Positions 13,501 to 27,260 of a stretch of 64,000 nucleotides of DNA are shown piece after piece; within the stretch, counting starts at the first letter, position 1, and every line of letters begins with the position of its first letter. Origin of the DNA: Podarcis pityusensis. Lineage: Eukaryota. The notes under the pieces are model-generated. The model had not been told where the DNA came from. It was given only the letters and a program-made list of their open reading frames with translations, and made no database searches. The translations under genes were made by a program, and so were the position numbers. The stretch lies in NCBI GenBank assembly GCA_964106645.2, contig OZ067048.1; one strand, written 5' to 3'.

Positions 13501-14396
13501 TACAACTTTCAGACTTGGGATGTATAAGGTTTAATTACAGAAACTGACTAACACGTTGAAGTTTGACCTCTTTTTACACCCCACTGCCCCTTCCTCCTCC
13601 TTTCTTCCTGAACAGCAATCAGGGTTCACCTTTGTTTCGCCCCAGCCAACATCCTGAAGAGACCACTGTGTCAATTTTCCAGGCAGAGACCTGTAAATGA
13701 TGAACAAAGTCCTGGTTAACGGTCTTGGCTGGAGTTAGTGCCATGAAGTCCACACTGTTCAACTCCCTGCTAGCAAGGTAAAGAGAGATTGATGAAAGAC
13801 TCAACTGTTGCTACAGCACATAAAAAGCAACCTGGCTATATTAATGCCCCCTCCCACCCTGCTAATTTATACTGACTTCACTACCACATTCTGCATACTT
13901 TTGGTTTAATTCTGATGACAAAGATGAAACACAGAGACACCAATCTAATTTGGCCTTCCTTGTAATCTCCCAGCAATGTCAAGGCACAGACAGGAGTAAG
14001 GACCCCAAGGTACATCCTGTAAGAAATAAAATGAGTGTCTGCTCATAGAAGAATACTTCATGGGGGAGGGGGAATGTGATTTTTACAGCAGCATGTGAAA
14101 GAGCAGATGGTCTGATGTTTCAAGAAGGCAAGGAAACACCTAGCAAAAGATTTGAGTCACAGGATAGAACATTGTAAGTAAGAAGAAAATTGGAAACTGA
14201 TCTGCTTACCAAGTAGTGTTCACAGATTTTGCCTGTGGCAAGTGACATGCTCTCTTTGAAATTCTGGATCTCCTAAGTCAAGAACAGGGTGTGCATTCTG
14301 CTTCACGCATAACTAGAGAATCTGCAAGAGCAGAACTGTAAGTCACGTGCTCTTCTGTGGCTTCTGCTGAGCTTTCAGGCCCAGTTTCAGAGCTTA

Positions 14397-14479
14397 CCTC
14401 ATGAACATGGTGTTATAACTGAAGGAAGACTAATGCCATCTTGAGCCAAACAGTTCCCACTTGGATTTCAGTAATCATG
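14397..14479 (-). other. GCNT1: Candidate GCNT1 5'UTR exon
   Basis: Long polypyrimidine tract ending ttgcatttcAG (14481/14480) and donor GAG|GTAAGC (14397/14396). No transcript evidence. Confidence 0.3.
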
Positions 14480-15085
14480 CTGAAATGCAAGCTTAAGAGA
14501 GGAACAGAAAAATAACAAAGAAGAGGAAAAGATATAAAGGAAAATTATAGAAGCATGCCAGGGCATGACATTCTATGAACAGGAAAATGGCATCTGTGGT
14601 TAAGCTAGCAGTAAGACCATATCACTGGGTGTCTTGCCTATATATGATGATAAAAGGAGAGTGTAAACAGAGATTGAGGTTCCACCCTCTGATTGCTTTC
14701 CTGGTTGCTTGCTGTAACCTTTCCTGCTTGGGCAAGAAATAAAACTTTGCTTTTAGAGAGTTCCCAGGTGTCACTCATCATTGCTCGTGAGTAAAGGACT
14801 TGGCTGTGCAATGGACCTTGGCTGGAGTTTCCTCGCATTGGTGGTGGCAAGCAGGCAACCAGGGAAAGACCAACAGAACACATGAGGATTAGGAGGCTCC
14901 CCTGGCACTTTTGTCTTTAGGTGCCAGGAAAAAACATTCCTCTTCTCTCAAGCCTTTGACTGATTAAAAAATCTATGGCCTTTTAAACGGTGTGTGAGGG
15001 GGGTTATTGCTTTTGCTACTGTGGTATGTATTTTTGTGTTATATTGTAATTCCTGTGATCCTTGGATGAAGAGTTGTATAGAAAT

Positions 15086-15136
15086 GAAGAAGAAGAAGAA
15101 GAAGAAGAAGAAGAAGAAGAAGAAGAAGAAGAAGAA
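15086..15136 (+). repeat. (GAA)17 microsatellite at the tail of an L2-like 3' end (~14900-15085)
   Basis: Pure GAA run. The upstream sequence resembles the L2 3' end at 54610-55115. Confidence 0.9.
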
Positions 15137-18100
15137 GGAGGTGGGAAAAAGCTGAATGACCATGATTCTGCAAGTCATAGGGCTATGCAGGATAAAAATG
15201 GGGTTTCCAAAGACTTTTAAAAGGATTGTGTTGTGTGCTTAAGCACTCCCCAAATGTTGTGCTGCTGCCACAAACTTGTTTGGTCCACCATACAGAAAAC
15301 CATGCAGCCTTGGACATTGTCAAATCTTTCATTCAGTTTGGGTTCAACAGCAAACTCCAACTCACATGGCATAGTAAGATATATACGGTACTAAGCCTGC
15401 AACATGCTGGACCTGAAAGGCATTTAAATCTGAGCTTGCATTTTAAGTATGACTAAGAGAGAAAACATTGGGTATGTATGTGTATATCTGCCTACTGACA
15501 ATAATGCTTCACCACTGTTGGAGTGGACAATGCTTATACATTTTTAAAAAGAAGTGGCTACTCTTTAACACATAGTGGATCTTGATTTTTCATGTTAAAA
15601 GATGCAAAAGAGTTCAGCAATAACAAATCCAGCATCAAGATTTTTAGTTCGGCTTAGCATGACTGAGCGAAAGTACAGGTTCTGTGAGTGAAGACTGAAG
15701 CTACAGCATGACTTCTCTGGTCCTGCTGCTGCTGCTGCTGCTGCGCTACCCAGGGCTGTGTTCTCTTCAACCTGGGGCTCGTGATCTGTCTTACTCTGGA
15801 CAAACCATGGGCTGTAACCATCTGTGGTTTGTCTGCGGGAAACAAACCACAAAGACAAGTTCAGGCATAATGCTAAGTTGGTCACACAGAATATTGATCT
15901 AGATAGGCCTTTGGTCTAATCATGTCATCAGCCTAGTAAAATGCCAAAGAGAAGAACAGTAGCAACACAATGGATGTGGAATTTTAAGCACTGTTGAAAG
16001 GTTTTGAAAAAAATGACCTTAATAAAGAAATGATAGAAAAGCAGGAGAACCACTACATTTCCTCCTAGTAGACTATGGATACCTATAGTCTACATCCTAC
16101 GTTGTCCTACTCACATAGGTGATGCAATTGATGTAAAATCCTTCTTGTCCAGTTCTTGATCAATCCTCCCCTCACTATCGCTCCCTCCCTCCCTCTTTCC
16201 ATACTGCTGTCTACCAAACTCCTATTCATGTGCTCTTCCCTCTGGCTGGGTAACCATAAACTTCATTGCATAATACAAAGTCTGCTAGAAAACTTAGAAA
16301 TTAGGATATGCTGTGGAAATTAGAAGTGCTGTTTGAGAATCAGATGGGTAGAGGAACTTAGAAAGAGGCCAAATCTTCTGTTTGGATGATTGATGGCTTT
16401 GTCAATGCAATTACAACAGCAATCTTATAAGTACTATATTGCTATCTTACTTTGAATCAAACTGTAGTGATATAGAGCAAAGTTCAGACTAACATTATCT
16501 TCCATATGAAGAAATTATGTGCTTTGAATGAAGCACCATACAACTGATTGATTTGTTTCAGTTACAGTCTTAAATCTGTGGTCTTTATCACTGGTCATTC
16601 TTTATTCCCTGACTTTCTGGGTTGTTAATGAGTGACCCCTGATTAGATAACCACATTAAACATAAGACTGTTCTTTCTTGCCTTCTCTTGCATTGTTTTC
16701 CTGTGTAGGATTCACTCTGGGAAATGAATCAGTGGGACCTTCATGGTGGAACTATTCTCCCTCCTCCATATCTTTTTAAAGAGGGACAGATAAGGGGTGC
16801 CAAAAAAAAGAAGATTGTTGAAAACAAAAACCATACTTCTAACATTATTCCCTGCCTATGTGTAAACCACACCTCAGAGATACCGGCTAGTTTAATCAGG
16901 AATCAGAATGAAGTCACCTGGTATTAATTCAGCTGCAATCAACATAGCCAATGGTCAGAGGGAGTGGGCGTTGCAGTTCAACAACATCTGGACTATATAT
17001 ATTTCCAACCCTGAATTATAGGAACCATCCTGTGTTACTGACCATCATTTTTAACCTATTAATTTGCATAGTTTACAAAAAAACGCAGAACTGTAGCTAC
17101 AAGAAAAGGGATTTGTCTTTACTCTTGCATAATAGGATCATTTAAGCAACTTAAATATGGATTCCTTAAACCTTAAATTCTTATTGCATTTTAGAAGGCT
17201 TTTCTCAGATTAGTCCTATGACCAACTAAATTTAATCTTAAACTCAGAAAAAGACATTATAGTACTTTAATCCATAGTTAAGTGTCTTTGTAGAAGCGTT
17301 TGGGGGGTTGTTTCCTGTTTAGTAACATTAGGTTTTTAAAAAGATGAAATAAATATGAGCTAAGCTCTAAAGGAGCCTTTCCATTATCAAAGGTGCCCAG
17401 TGCCCCATTTGTATTCACAAAATTTTGCAGTGCTGCGAGACAAGATCTAGCAACTATTCAGCCTTTCTTAATGAACCAATGCATCCATAGAGATTAAACT
17501 TATATGGAAGGCCTAAACAACATGCTATGTTAATCACAGTTTTAATTTTAAAATCAGAAAGGCAAGCTTCATTTTGAAGGAAATGCAGCCCCCCAAATGG
17601 TACTTTCAGGAGCAAAGAGGCAGTTGGGGGAGGAAATTGGTGCCAAGTGTTCTGATTTTAATCAACACCATACTGGGGGCCAGAGGCTGCTTTACCTTAA
17701 AAAGAAAGAGGGTGAATTAAAAAGCCTTTTAAAAATATTATTAAATTAACATGTGGCTTGACACACACTCTGCCGAAAAAGAGATACAAGTTCAAAATAG
17801 AGGGCTCTGTGTAACCGCCCTGAGACCTACAGGTATGAGCGGTATATAAATTCAATAAAATAAAATAATAATAATAGGTGAAGTTCACTTTTATAAATGA
17901 TATTCGATACATAACTTTTCACTTTAACTTCCACGATAGTCAAGCTTATACAGAAGGAACCATTTAAAAAATGCAGTAGGAAAACCAGAAGAGAGCCACT
18001 ATGGTATATCTGGGGCCAGGGATATCTTTGCCCAAATCCCTGTTAAAGCACAAAGTGAACTGGGTGACAATGAATACTAAGACATAAAACAAAGTTTTTT

Positions 18101-18983
18101 AAAAATGGGACTGGGATTGCTTGGGAAAGCATTAAAACAGGTATATAATGTGAAAGGAACCAAACACGAGCTGGACTGATGTGATCAAACTCGTTGTCAG
18201 AACTTACAAAGTTCTTACTTCACCACCAAAAGCTTCACACCCCCCCAAGCAGTGCCATTGGAGTGTTGGGTGGGGTGAAATTCTAGACCTGCAGCTTTCA
18301 ATATGCAAAGTCCAGCTTCCCTCCCGGTCATTCTTGTTATATGGTGTCCTAAGTAATAGTTGCAACAGTTTGGAGACAGTTTCACAGAAAGTCAGTTTCC
18401 CAGAAAGCCAGATGAGCCACAAGTAACAAGATGAAAGGAGAAGAAAATGAGTCAAAACTTGAAGAAACAGAATCAAGAGTAGCCAGAAAAAGATAAAGAC
18501 AGTGACAGAAGCAGAAAGGAATAAAAGGAAACTGGATCATGAGTCTGGAAGGTCCTGAAAGAAATTATTCCTAATGACCAGAAACTGGGAAGTACATGAG
18601 GTCGGAACAACGTCAAAAATATGCAGTCTGCATGTGAGAAGAAAGTCTATACATGTAAATTCTCTATGCAGGCAGGGGGAGGGAAATCATCCAGCCAGCA
18701 ACAGCAAACTCAGGATCTCCCACCCCTCAGGTGAGTAGGAGAAGAATGCCAGAGCAGAAAGTGGATCCCAAGACCAGAATTCTAGTCTCTATGTGATGGG
18801 TATATTGTAGTCTCCAAAAAAGAGGAATAGATCAAAATATTCCCTTTCTGAATTCAAGGAGAAAAGACCAAGGGTGAAAAGAAGTGCAAAACATGTTTTC
18901 TTTTATAAACAAGGAGAAAAATGACACTGACCAGAAAAGAAAGAAAGAATAAACAGGATGTAGTAAAGACAGAGGAAAACATA

Positions 18984-19048
18984 CATAGAATCATAGAACT
19001 GTAGAGTTGGAAGGGACCCCTAGGGTCATCTAGTCCAACCCCTGCACC
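18984..19048 (-). mobile_element. Very short CR1 3' tail
   Basis: catagaatcatagaactgtagagttggaagggacccc. Confidence 0.7.
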
Positions 19049-20482
19049 AGGAAACATGACAAAAGATACTTACACATTCCAATGTCATTTATGCACATAT
19101 CACAGAAGAGAAAGATGAGTAGCTCTTAAAACAGCTAGTTATCATATTTGAGAACTGATGTTACCTTGGCAGCCTATTAAAAAACAACTATAGTGCCCAC
19201 CATTAAACTTGAGGATGAAATATGCACTCACATAATTTTATGTCCAGGAACATTAGAACAAACCAGTTTGAGAGTACACCTTGTGGAAGAAAAAGGAAAT
19301 TGCCACAAATCAACATGGTTTAACAAATTATTATTACAGACAGCAGAGACATTCTTGGTAAGGAATTGGTTCCAGCTAATTAAGGAAATGCAATTAATTT
19401 TGTTGTACTTTTAAGGTAGACCCGGTACAAGTTGTTGTTGCTGAAGTGAAATGTGGATTAGACAGTGCTACTATAAAACATATAAACAGCTGCCTAAAAG
19501 ACTGCATGCAAAAGGTATTAGGAATGGAAAAACAGTGAATAATGCTGGTCAGTGTTTTCATTAAGTGCTGCTGATAACACACTTTTAACATGAAACAGAA
19601 AGAAGGACTCAAGAGATAAGACTCTGAATTCTTAAAGACTGAAGAGCTAGCAGTGACTGAAAGAGAGTTAAATTCTTTAGGCTACAATCCCAGCCTCACT
19701 CTTTGATATAGCAGAACTTATTTGTGAATACACACGACTAGGATTGCACTATCAGTGTAGAGTGCAATCCCTAGTGTAGCCATGCAGGATAGTCTGGCAT
19801 CCTCAAATTGCACATGGCCAAGGGCTTATACAGGCAGCAACAATTTTAGGTACATCCAGTTGATGCGCAATTGCCAACATGCGGGTCCTTTTGGACCTGG
19901 AAAGGGGCAGAACACAACAGGGTGGGTTGGGTTGGCATGCTTATATATGTTCTGCTGACGTGTGTAGGGGCCAGGAGCAGAACCCCTGTGCAAAATGATC
20001 ACCACCTGTAGTAGCTTGACTTAACAGTGACTTGCCCTTGACTCCTCAGTTTTGCTTATGGCTGAGCCAATATTTGAGCAATATTATTCCCAGATCATGC
20101 TTTGAATGTGCTTCAATATAGCTAGTAACAAACTAGCAGGAAACTTCCTTATATCAGACCACTGGCCTATCTAATTTAGTATTGTCTACACTCAAAGCAG
20201 CTCTCTAGGGATTCAGATAGGGTCTTTCTCAGTCATTCCTGAAGACTGAATCTGTAATCTTCTGCATGCAAAGCACATGATCTGCCACCAAACTGGCAAT
20301 TCTTGAACTATTGAGGATTACAAGAGAAAACTAAAATCCTGTTACTATATGGTAAAAAAGGGAGGAAATACAAAGGTAGGTTTTACTGACAGAATAATGA
20401 CTTATACATAATAGCATAGTAAGACTGCGCTGATTATGACCTTACACAGCATAGCATGCACTGTGAGTATGATTTAAGTGGT

Positions 20483-20718
20483 TAGAATCATAGAATCATA
20501 GAGTTGGAAGAGACCACAAGGGCCATCGAGTCCAACCCCCTGCCAAGCAGGAAACACCATCAGAGCACTCCTGACATATGGTTGTCAAGCCTCTGCTTAA
20601 AGACCTCCAAAGAAGGAGACTCCACCACACTCCTTGGCAGCAAATTCCACTGTCGAACAGCTCTTACTGTCAGGAAGTTCTTCCTAATGTTTAGGTGGAA
20701 TCTTCTTTCTTGTAGTTT
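20483..20718 (-). mobile_element. CR1 3' end
   Basis: (ATTCTATG)n tail on the - strand and a typical CR1 3' hairpin region. Confidence 0.85.
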
Positions 20719-22574
20719 GGTTACTCACAGCACTATGGGATCATTTCCTGTGCCATCTTCTGTTAGTATACTTAACAATATTTGTATATAGAATCCATAA
20801 GGGTGAGGGAAATTATAGGGGTCCTTCTCAGCTGGGAGGCAGGGCACCCATAAAATGGTGAAAAGACATCACTGACGGCATCCACGCAGGAGAGGCAGAT
20901 TTAGGGGAGTGCAACTGGTTCAGTCATACTGGATGCAGAGCCTTGGGGCCACCACCAGGGATGCCACAATTATGATTTAGAATGGAGTGCGACAGGTGGA
21001 GGGGCGCTGAATTTTGGTGCTGTACAGGGCACCACTGAAATTTAAGACCCCAAGATCCACCATTGCACACAGGGACAGATCAAGGCCATGAAGGTGCCTG
21101 GGATACGGCCATAGTAATAGAAATCTACACAGATAACATTTTGTCATAATTAATACTATGGCAAGGAGTTCTGTAGGATCTTTTTGCCTCTTTGAATTCC
21201 AAAATGAATTCAGAAGGGAAGATTATGCACTGTTCCTTCAAGCTGGTGAGCATTTGCTTACAAACTTTCCACAACTAAAAGATGTCCTGGTTATTATTAG
21301 TATTCATTCTTCCACAAACTAAAAGAGATAATTTCCAAAGAATGATGGCTACTAATTGCTCATTCCCGTTTGGCCTGGGCCAGTCAGGGTCATGTAAAGA
21401 AGGACAGCTTCTGCAAGATACCACACCATTGTTCTAAAAAGAATGTGACTGGAAGTGCCAAAGAAAAGTTCTTGCAATGGGGAAAAGCTCCAGGGAACTC
21501 TTGCAAACATTGCTCTTGCTTGAGACAAATAAGATTATACAGACTTGAAGTTTATGAATGCAGCGGAGAACAGTCATATAATAAAACAGCACGACAATAT
21601 AACCTCCTTTAAAAGGCAGTGTTTCAGAAGGGTATTTGTTCATTGTGAAAAACTGGGTGGGACCAGACAGCAATCATAAACTATGCAGCACTGTTACTGA
21701 TCATCCCTTTGTGTTTTTGCACAATATTTGTATTCATAGAATTCTTCCCTGTGGGGGACTTCCATTAAGCCCTATCGCTGTTCAGTCTCCCTTCTTGCCT
21801 ATGGGGCTTGCTTAACACCCTGACAGGAGCTCCACTGAAACAGATGGTGGCTGTGTAGCAGGAATGAGATGACAATCAAGGCTTCCACTGACACCACCTT
21901 ATTAAAGTTCCTGAAAAGAAACCCAAGCTTACCCTGACCATCCCGCGATGGCAGGATAATTACTTCTTACAAATTAAAAAGGAAGAGAAGAGAATAAGTG
22001 AATTTTAGCAGAAAGGATAAACCAGCCAAGAGCTACCCAAAACAGAAAAGGCCTTTGTGCCTCGGCACAACAGCTTCTATGTTCTTGGCGAGCCTGAAAT
22101 CTGTTACCTCCAGCCTTATTTAGAAGACCTGTTTGGAGCAGCACAGATTCCAAATGGGCCACTCACACCCCTGTTTAAAAGCCACCAACCCCTCCTCTTT
22201 CTTTTAAACAGATATCCTTTTCAGAACACCCTAGAAAAGGAGGCCTGAGGCCAGATCAATCCTGAATTGCCTGCTCATGACTGCTCATCATAAATAGCCA
22301 CAGATAGTCAATGGGGAATAGCTAGGTATCTGCTGCCCTTGAGCACCAGGGATGCTATTTAAGACTGGGGGCTTCAGTTGATGGGAAGTATGGAAACAGT
22401 ACAAGTAAATAAATAATTTTTAAAGCATGTTTGTTTACGCACATGCACATTTCAAGTTAGCACACAACTTTCCCACAAGGTAGTGAAGTAGTCAGTCCTC
22501 AAGAAAGTCGCAAGAAAACTTAAACAGAGAACTTCCACCACTTTTGTACTCTGAAGGTTTGCACAGTATTTTTA

Positions 22575-24324
22575 GACTTCCGGGTTGGCGCCATCGCCGA
22601 ATGGCGGACTCCCTCCGAGCTCCGGAGGGAGTCTGCTCGGCAGGGGCTGGGTCCTACCGCGCCGGCGACGCGGGGACCCTTAAAAACCACGGGCACGGAG
22701 CCCGTGGACATGGGTGACTCGGCTGGCACCATTAGCGCCCTTCCGACTCGTGAAGGAGCCTTTTTAAAGGCTTCGGATCGGGTGCCGGGGAGCGGCGTGG
22801 TGCTTTGAGTCCTCTGCTTTCCCTGCCGAGCGCAGCCGCATGCCATTCGACGGAGAGCGCTGACTTCTTCTATTGGAAATTTGGACTATTAACAACAACC
22901 CGTGAGTAAATTGGGAAACCGGGTTCAAAAGGAGAAAAAAAAGGGATTTTTTTTTCGGATTTGGCACGAGCGGGGGCGATCTAAAAAGGAAGTCAATCCC
23001 CCCCCTATTGTAAACATTCCAAAACAAGGACTGGGTAACCAAGGTCGAAAGAGAAGTATATTCCTGATAAAAATCATTAATTCCACGATGGGAAATTATA
23101 AGAACTGTGCTGGAGGAGAAGAGTGGAGGGTGAGAAGGAAAATGCAACCCCCCCCCTGGGAACCGGGGCGATCCGCGGAGCCTGGTGAAGAGAGACGGAG
23201 ACTTTGACAGCTGTCAAAGTAGCTGTCAAAGCCGGAGAATATAAAGAGGACTTTGTTATGAGGACTTTGCTGGTTAATTTTGTTACAATTTGCTACAATA
23301 TGGATATAAACTGTTGGAAAATAAGGAACAACAATTTGATTTTTGGATTAGAGGATACAAAGTTATTACAATCCCCCTAGAGGGGTTTCGGGACATTACA
23401 AGAACGGTTGTAAGTGGAAAAATACTCCGGGATTCACACAGGACTTGTTATCTTCTGGGAAAGCTGCAAAACTGAAATAGTATTTTGTCTACAGAGGTAT
23501 TTACATTAAAGGAGACAATAGAATTTTCTATTGAAGAAAGGAAGGGACTGGACGTAAGTTTTAGTTCCTGAATAACAAACCTCTGTAGAGACACCAGATT
23601 TCTGAATTAGAACGTTTTAGCAGCTGAACAGGACAAGAAACCTGAGAAAGTGAGGAATAAGAAGAACAAAGGACTGACTACGACACGGAAAGAACAATGG
23701 GAGGAGTGGTAAAGATCAATGAAATTAAAGGCCTCTGTTAGATTGGACGTTTGAAGTTAAATATTATTAAAATTAATAAATTAAAAGAAAATCGGCAAGA
23801 TGGAATTGGGGAGAAATTTGGCCATGACTTGAGACCTCCAGGCTGATAACATATAGACTGATGGACATGGGGAATTCAAACCGGGGAATGGGGGGGGGAG
23901 ATTTGAAATCCAAAGGCTGTGTAACCATCTTTTGAATCTTTTTATATCTTTTATTTTCTATTTCTTTATATAACTTACGTATGTCATTTTATCTTGATTG
24001 GACGTGTTTAAAAAAGGGAATTCGTGGAAGGAACTGGGGTGGATCTTGGGGAAAATCCTTTTTCTTTTCTTGTTAATGATGTGGGACGGTGGCAAGATTT
24101 GTACAATTCAATTTGGATAGTGGGTTAAACAAATTAAGTTTCAAATTGGGAGTGAGAGCTTGTAGAACCAAATTAAGGAAAGGGGAATACAGTAGGGAGG
24201 GGGAGGGGGGAGTCCCAGAAAGTAGGCAATGAAAGCAAGGTTTTAGGTTTTTTTTTTTGTTTTTTTTTTCTTTGTATTTCTATATTTCTGGAAACTTTAA
24301 TAAATATGATTTAAAAAAAAAAAA
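22575..24324 (+). mobile_element. Full-length non-autonomous L1-like retroelement (1750 bp)
   Basis: 5' end GACTTCCGG...ATGGCGG with a CpG-rich leader, AATAAA plus polyA tail, perfect 21-bp TSD AAGGTTTGCACAGTATTTTTA (22554-22574 and 24325-24345). No ORF2. Confidence 0.85.
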
Positions 24325-25254
24325 AAGGTTTGCACAGTATTTTTAATAGGCTGGAAATGTGTCAACCTCTTTGTCCAAGAGTGTTGCATTACAGATCAAA
24401 CAGAATCATTCAGCAGCTGCAGCTGCATTTTTTTAACAACTCCTCCTGAAATACCTATGTGAAGGTATGTTTTAAAAAAGAACAAACACATATTCAACAT
24501 GCTTCAGGACCTTCTGGATAGCTTTTAACTACACTCATGCAACTTAAATTACTTTCAATCATATTTGCATTTAAATTAAGTAATCAGCCCTGATGAAAGC
24601 TGCGAAATCATCAGTAATAAGGGCAAGAACATCGTTTATGGTGTGCAATTGTACCTACCTTTGTTTTACCAGTTACATATTGAGCGGAGATTGTTCTAAA
24701 TAATGGGTTAGTGTGTCCACAGTCCCAAATCCTTCTGGCTAATTTAAAACAAAAACATAATGGCGATCTGACCAATGCCAATTACACTGCTCTAAATTTA
24801 CTCCCCCCTCCCCCCGCATTTTATGCTACATGCCAGTGGGGAATCACAGGCAAAAAGAAGTGTGTGGAGCAAGTGATGCAACTCTACCTTTTGTACAGGA
24901 GGCTAAATTCCAGGCATGTGCAGGTGAAAAGTTTCTACATGCGCATACACACCCCAAAAAACCCCCACATTATCTCTCCAGGTTTCATCTAGATAACATC
25001 ACAGTTCAAGGTACATTTCAGCTAGGAAAGAGTCCTTGAAAAGGTCACACAGCAGGGCCAGTGAAGCGTGAGGTCTGAGGAGGCAGGGGCTGGAGAAAGT
25101 CCAGAGGGCTGGACAGAGAGGCTGGGTGGATGGAGTATATTTGGTCCCTGGGCTTAAGATTGCCCACCCCTGCCCCACAGCATTCTACACAGGGCAAACA
25201 AAGCAGATGCCAAGCAAAGAACAAAACAAATCCAAACCTGACATAGGCTTAGAT

Positions 25255-25568
25255 CAGGGGTCAGCAAACTTTTTCAGCAGGTTTCAGCTGTTCCACTGTC
25301 CCTGGGGGGCCGGGCTATATTTTTTTTTGGGGGGGAGAATGAATTCCTATGCCCCACAAATAACCCAGAGATGCATTTTAAATAAAATCACACATTCTAC
25401 TCATGTAAAAACACCAGGCAGGCCCCACAAATAACCCAGAGGGGCATTTTAAATAAAAGGGCACATTCTACTCATGTAAAAACACGCTGATTCCTGGACC
25501 ATCTGCGGGCTGGATTTAGAAGGCGATTGGCCGGGATTCGGCCCCTGGGCTTAGTTTGCCTACCCATG
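25255..25568. mobile_element. hAT MITE with internal ~72-bp duplication
   Basis: CAGGGGTCAGCAAACT...AGTTTGCCTACCCATG. TSD GCTTAGAT/GCTTAGAA. Confidence 0.8.
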
Positions 25569-26499
25569 GCTTAGAACCATATTCAGAGGCCTGAGGGGAA
25601 ACATTTCAACCTCCCAGTACACTGGTTTTAAGAGGCTGTTTTTCATGCAAATAACCTCAAAAGAGAGATTTTCCAGCATTGAAGGACAAAATTATGGTAT
25701 CACCTGTGGTGTGAATAGTTCTCATTAACATGTGTTAATTAGCTGACCAAGGTAAAGGCATCAATATGCTGTGTGAATGCTCACTGGTCTTATTTTACAT
25801 ATATTTAAATTTCAATGTTAATTGTCAGTTTACTTTTTTACACAGTAATTTCTTCAGACCTCACAATATGAGGATGGTAGACCTACAGCCATGTGCATAT
25901 ATATTCTTGCTGACTTCAGACAATACATACATCATGCATCTCACAAAGTGGCCCCTAGTCCATGAAAGTTGATGTTATGATAAACCTGTTAGGCAGCAAT
26001 CCTAACCCTACATACCTGAGTGCAGGTCCCACTGAATTCAACAGGACTTAATTGGCTAGGGTTGCACTGTGAGTTGCTAAAGCTGACTGCCTTGTTGATA
26101 CCTCTTCAGAAATCATTCAGCAATGTAGGGCCTGAACTGAAATTATGCCGGCAGGAACATCAAACAACCCACTCAAGCAAAACAATTACAATATTTGAGA
26201 GCGGGAAAGACATCCTGCTGTTAAACCAGAAATCCATTTTTGAAACTTTTCTCTTTCAAAGGAGCCACATGCCTCCCCCCCCCCCCCCGTGTTCCTTTGC
26301 CAGCTGATAACGACTCTAGTTCTAAGAGATACTGGCACGGAGTTAACGCTTATCAAAGCCTCACAGCCATTTCCGAGCACACCATTTGCACCCAGTTCCC
26401 TTTTCTTTTTAGCAGGAATTCCTCCATGAAAGCGGCTTCCCCTCCGCCCGCTTCAAGCCCAAAGGCAGAAGCGAAGCTTGTCTGGAACGCACCGTCTTA

Positions 26500-27260
26500 C
26501 CTGTATAACCTTTCCACTGATAATCATGAACGTGTGGAAGAGCTTTTTAGAACTGAATGCCTGAATCAGATCCCTCCCCCCCAAACACGTGAAGCTCGGG
26601 TGCAGCAAGCAAGCAGATGCAAAAGAGCTGAGGATCGCACCTCCCTCGCCCGCCTAGCGCAACCCGCTGCGCGCCCACCTTGTTCCGCGCGGCTCATTCC
26701 CTGGCGGCGCCTGGAGGAGAAGGCGCACGTTCAAGTCCGATTCGTTTCCTTTCTGTGCGGAGGCGGAAGCGCGAGCTGCCCCGCGAGGAGAACACGAGTT
26801 GCGCGGCAAAGGTAGCAAGCCCTCCCCGAAGTCAGCCGGCCGCGAGTGGCGCGCATCCTCGGGAGACGCCAGCCCAGAGCCAGGAGGGCGAGGCGCCCGG
26901 CTCCCCGCTGCACCTCGCCTCTGGCTCTCGCTTCTGGCTCGGAGGCGCCTCCCTCCGCCACCAGCTTCCCCCTCGCCGGGCCTGAAGCCCCTCCCCGCCC
27001 AGGAGCCCAGAGAGCTGCCTCGCGCGCGCTCCTGGCCGCGGAACCCTCCAGGCGCGCCGCCGCTCACGCCCAGCTACCTGCCGCCGCCGGGAACCCCGCG
27101 CGTGGCCGCCTTGCGCCGAAGCGGGGCGGCAATCCTGCGCGCACTTGCCGACTGAGCGCCTCCGAGGGGGCAGCATTTCCTCTTACTTCTCTCGCGGCTG
27201 ACAACACCGTCGTAGCGAACACGGAAATACCGTTAGAACGAAGCCTTAAACAACAACACC
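26500..27260 (-). promoter_or_regulatory. GCNT1: CpG island, probable GCNT1 promoter and first non-coding exon
   Basis: Dense CpG/GC, GC box ggggcgg near 27123, tgcgcgca near 27136, cacgtg near 26586. Strong - strand donor CAG|GTAAGA at 26501/26500. Assignment to GCNT1 is inferred from orientation and position. Confidence 0.7.

Noticed and set aside
21911-21932. 22-nt GT...AG mini-intron on the - strand
   Set aside because: Far below the minimum spliceosomal intron size. The donor and acceptor look-alikes are probably independent.
24585-24625. CTGATGA...GAAA hammerhead-like core
   Set aside because: Stem II (aagctgc) and stem III cannot pair properly, so it is probably chance.
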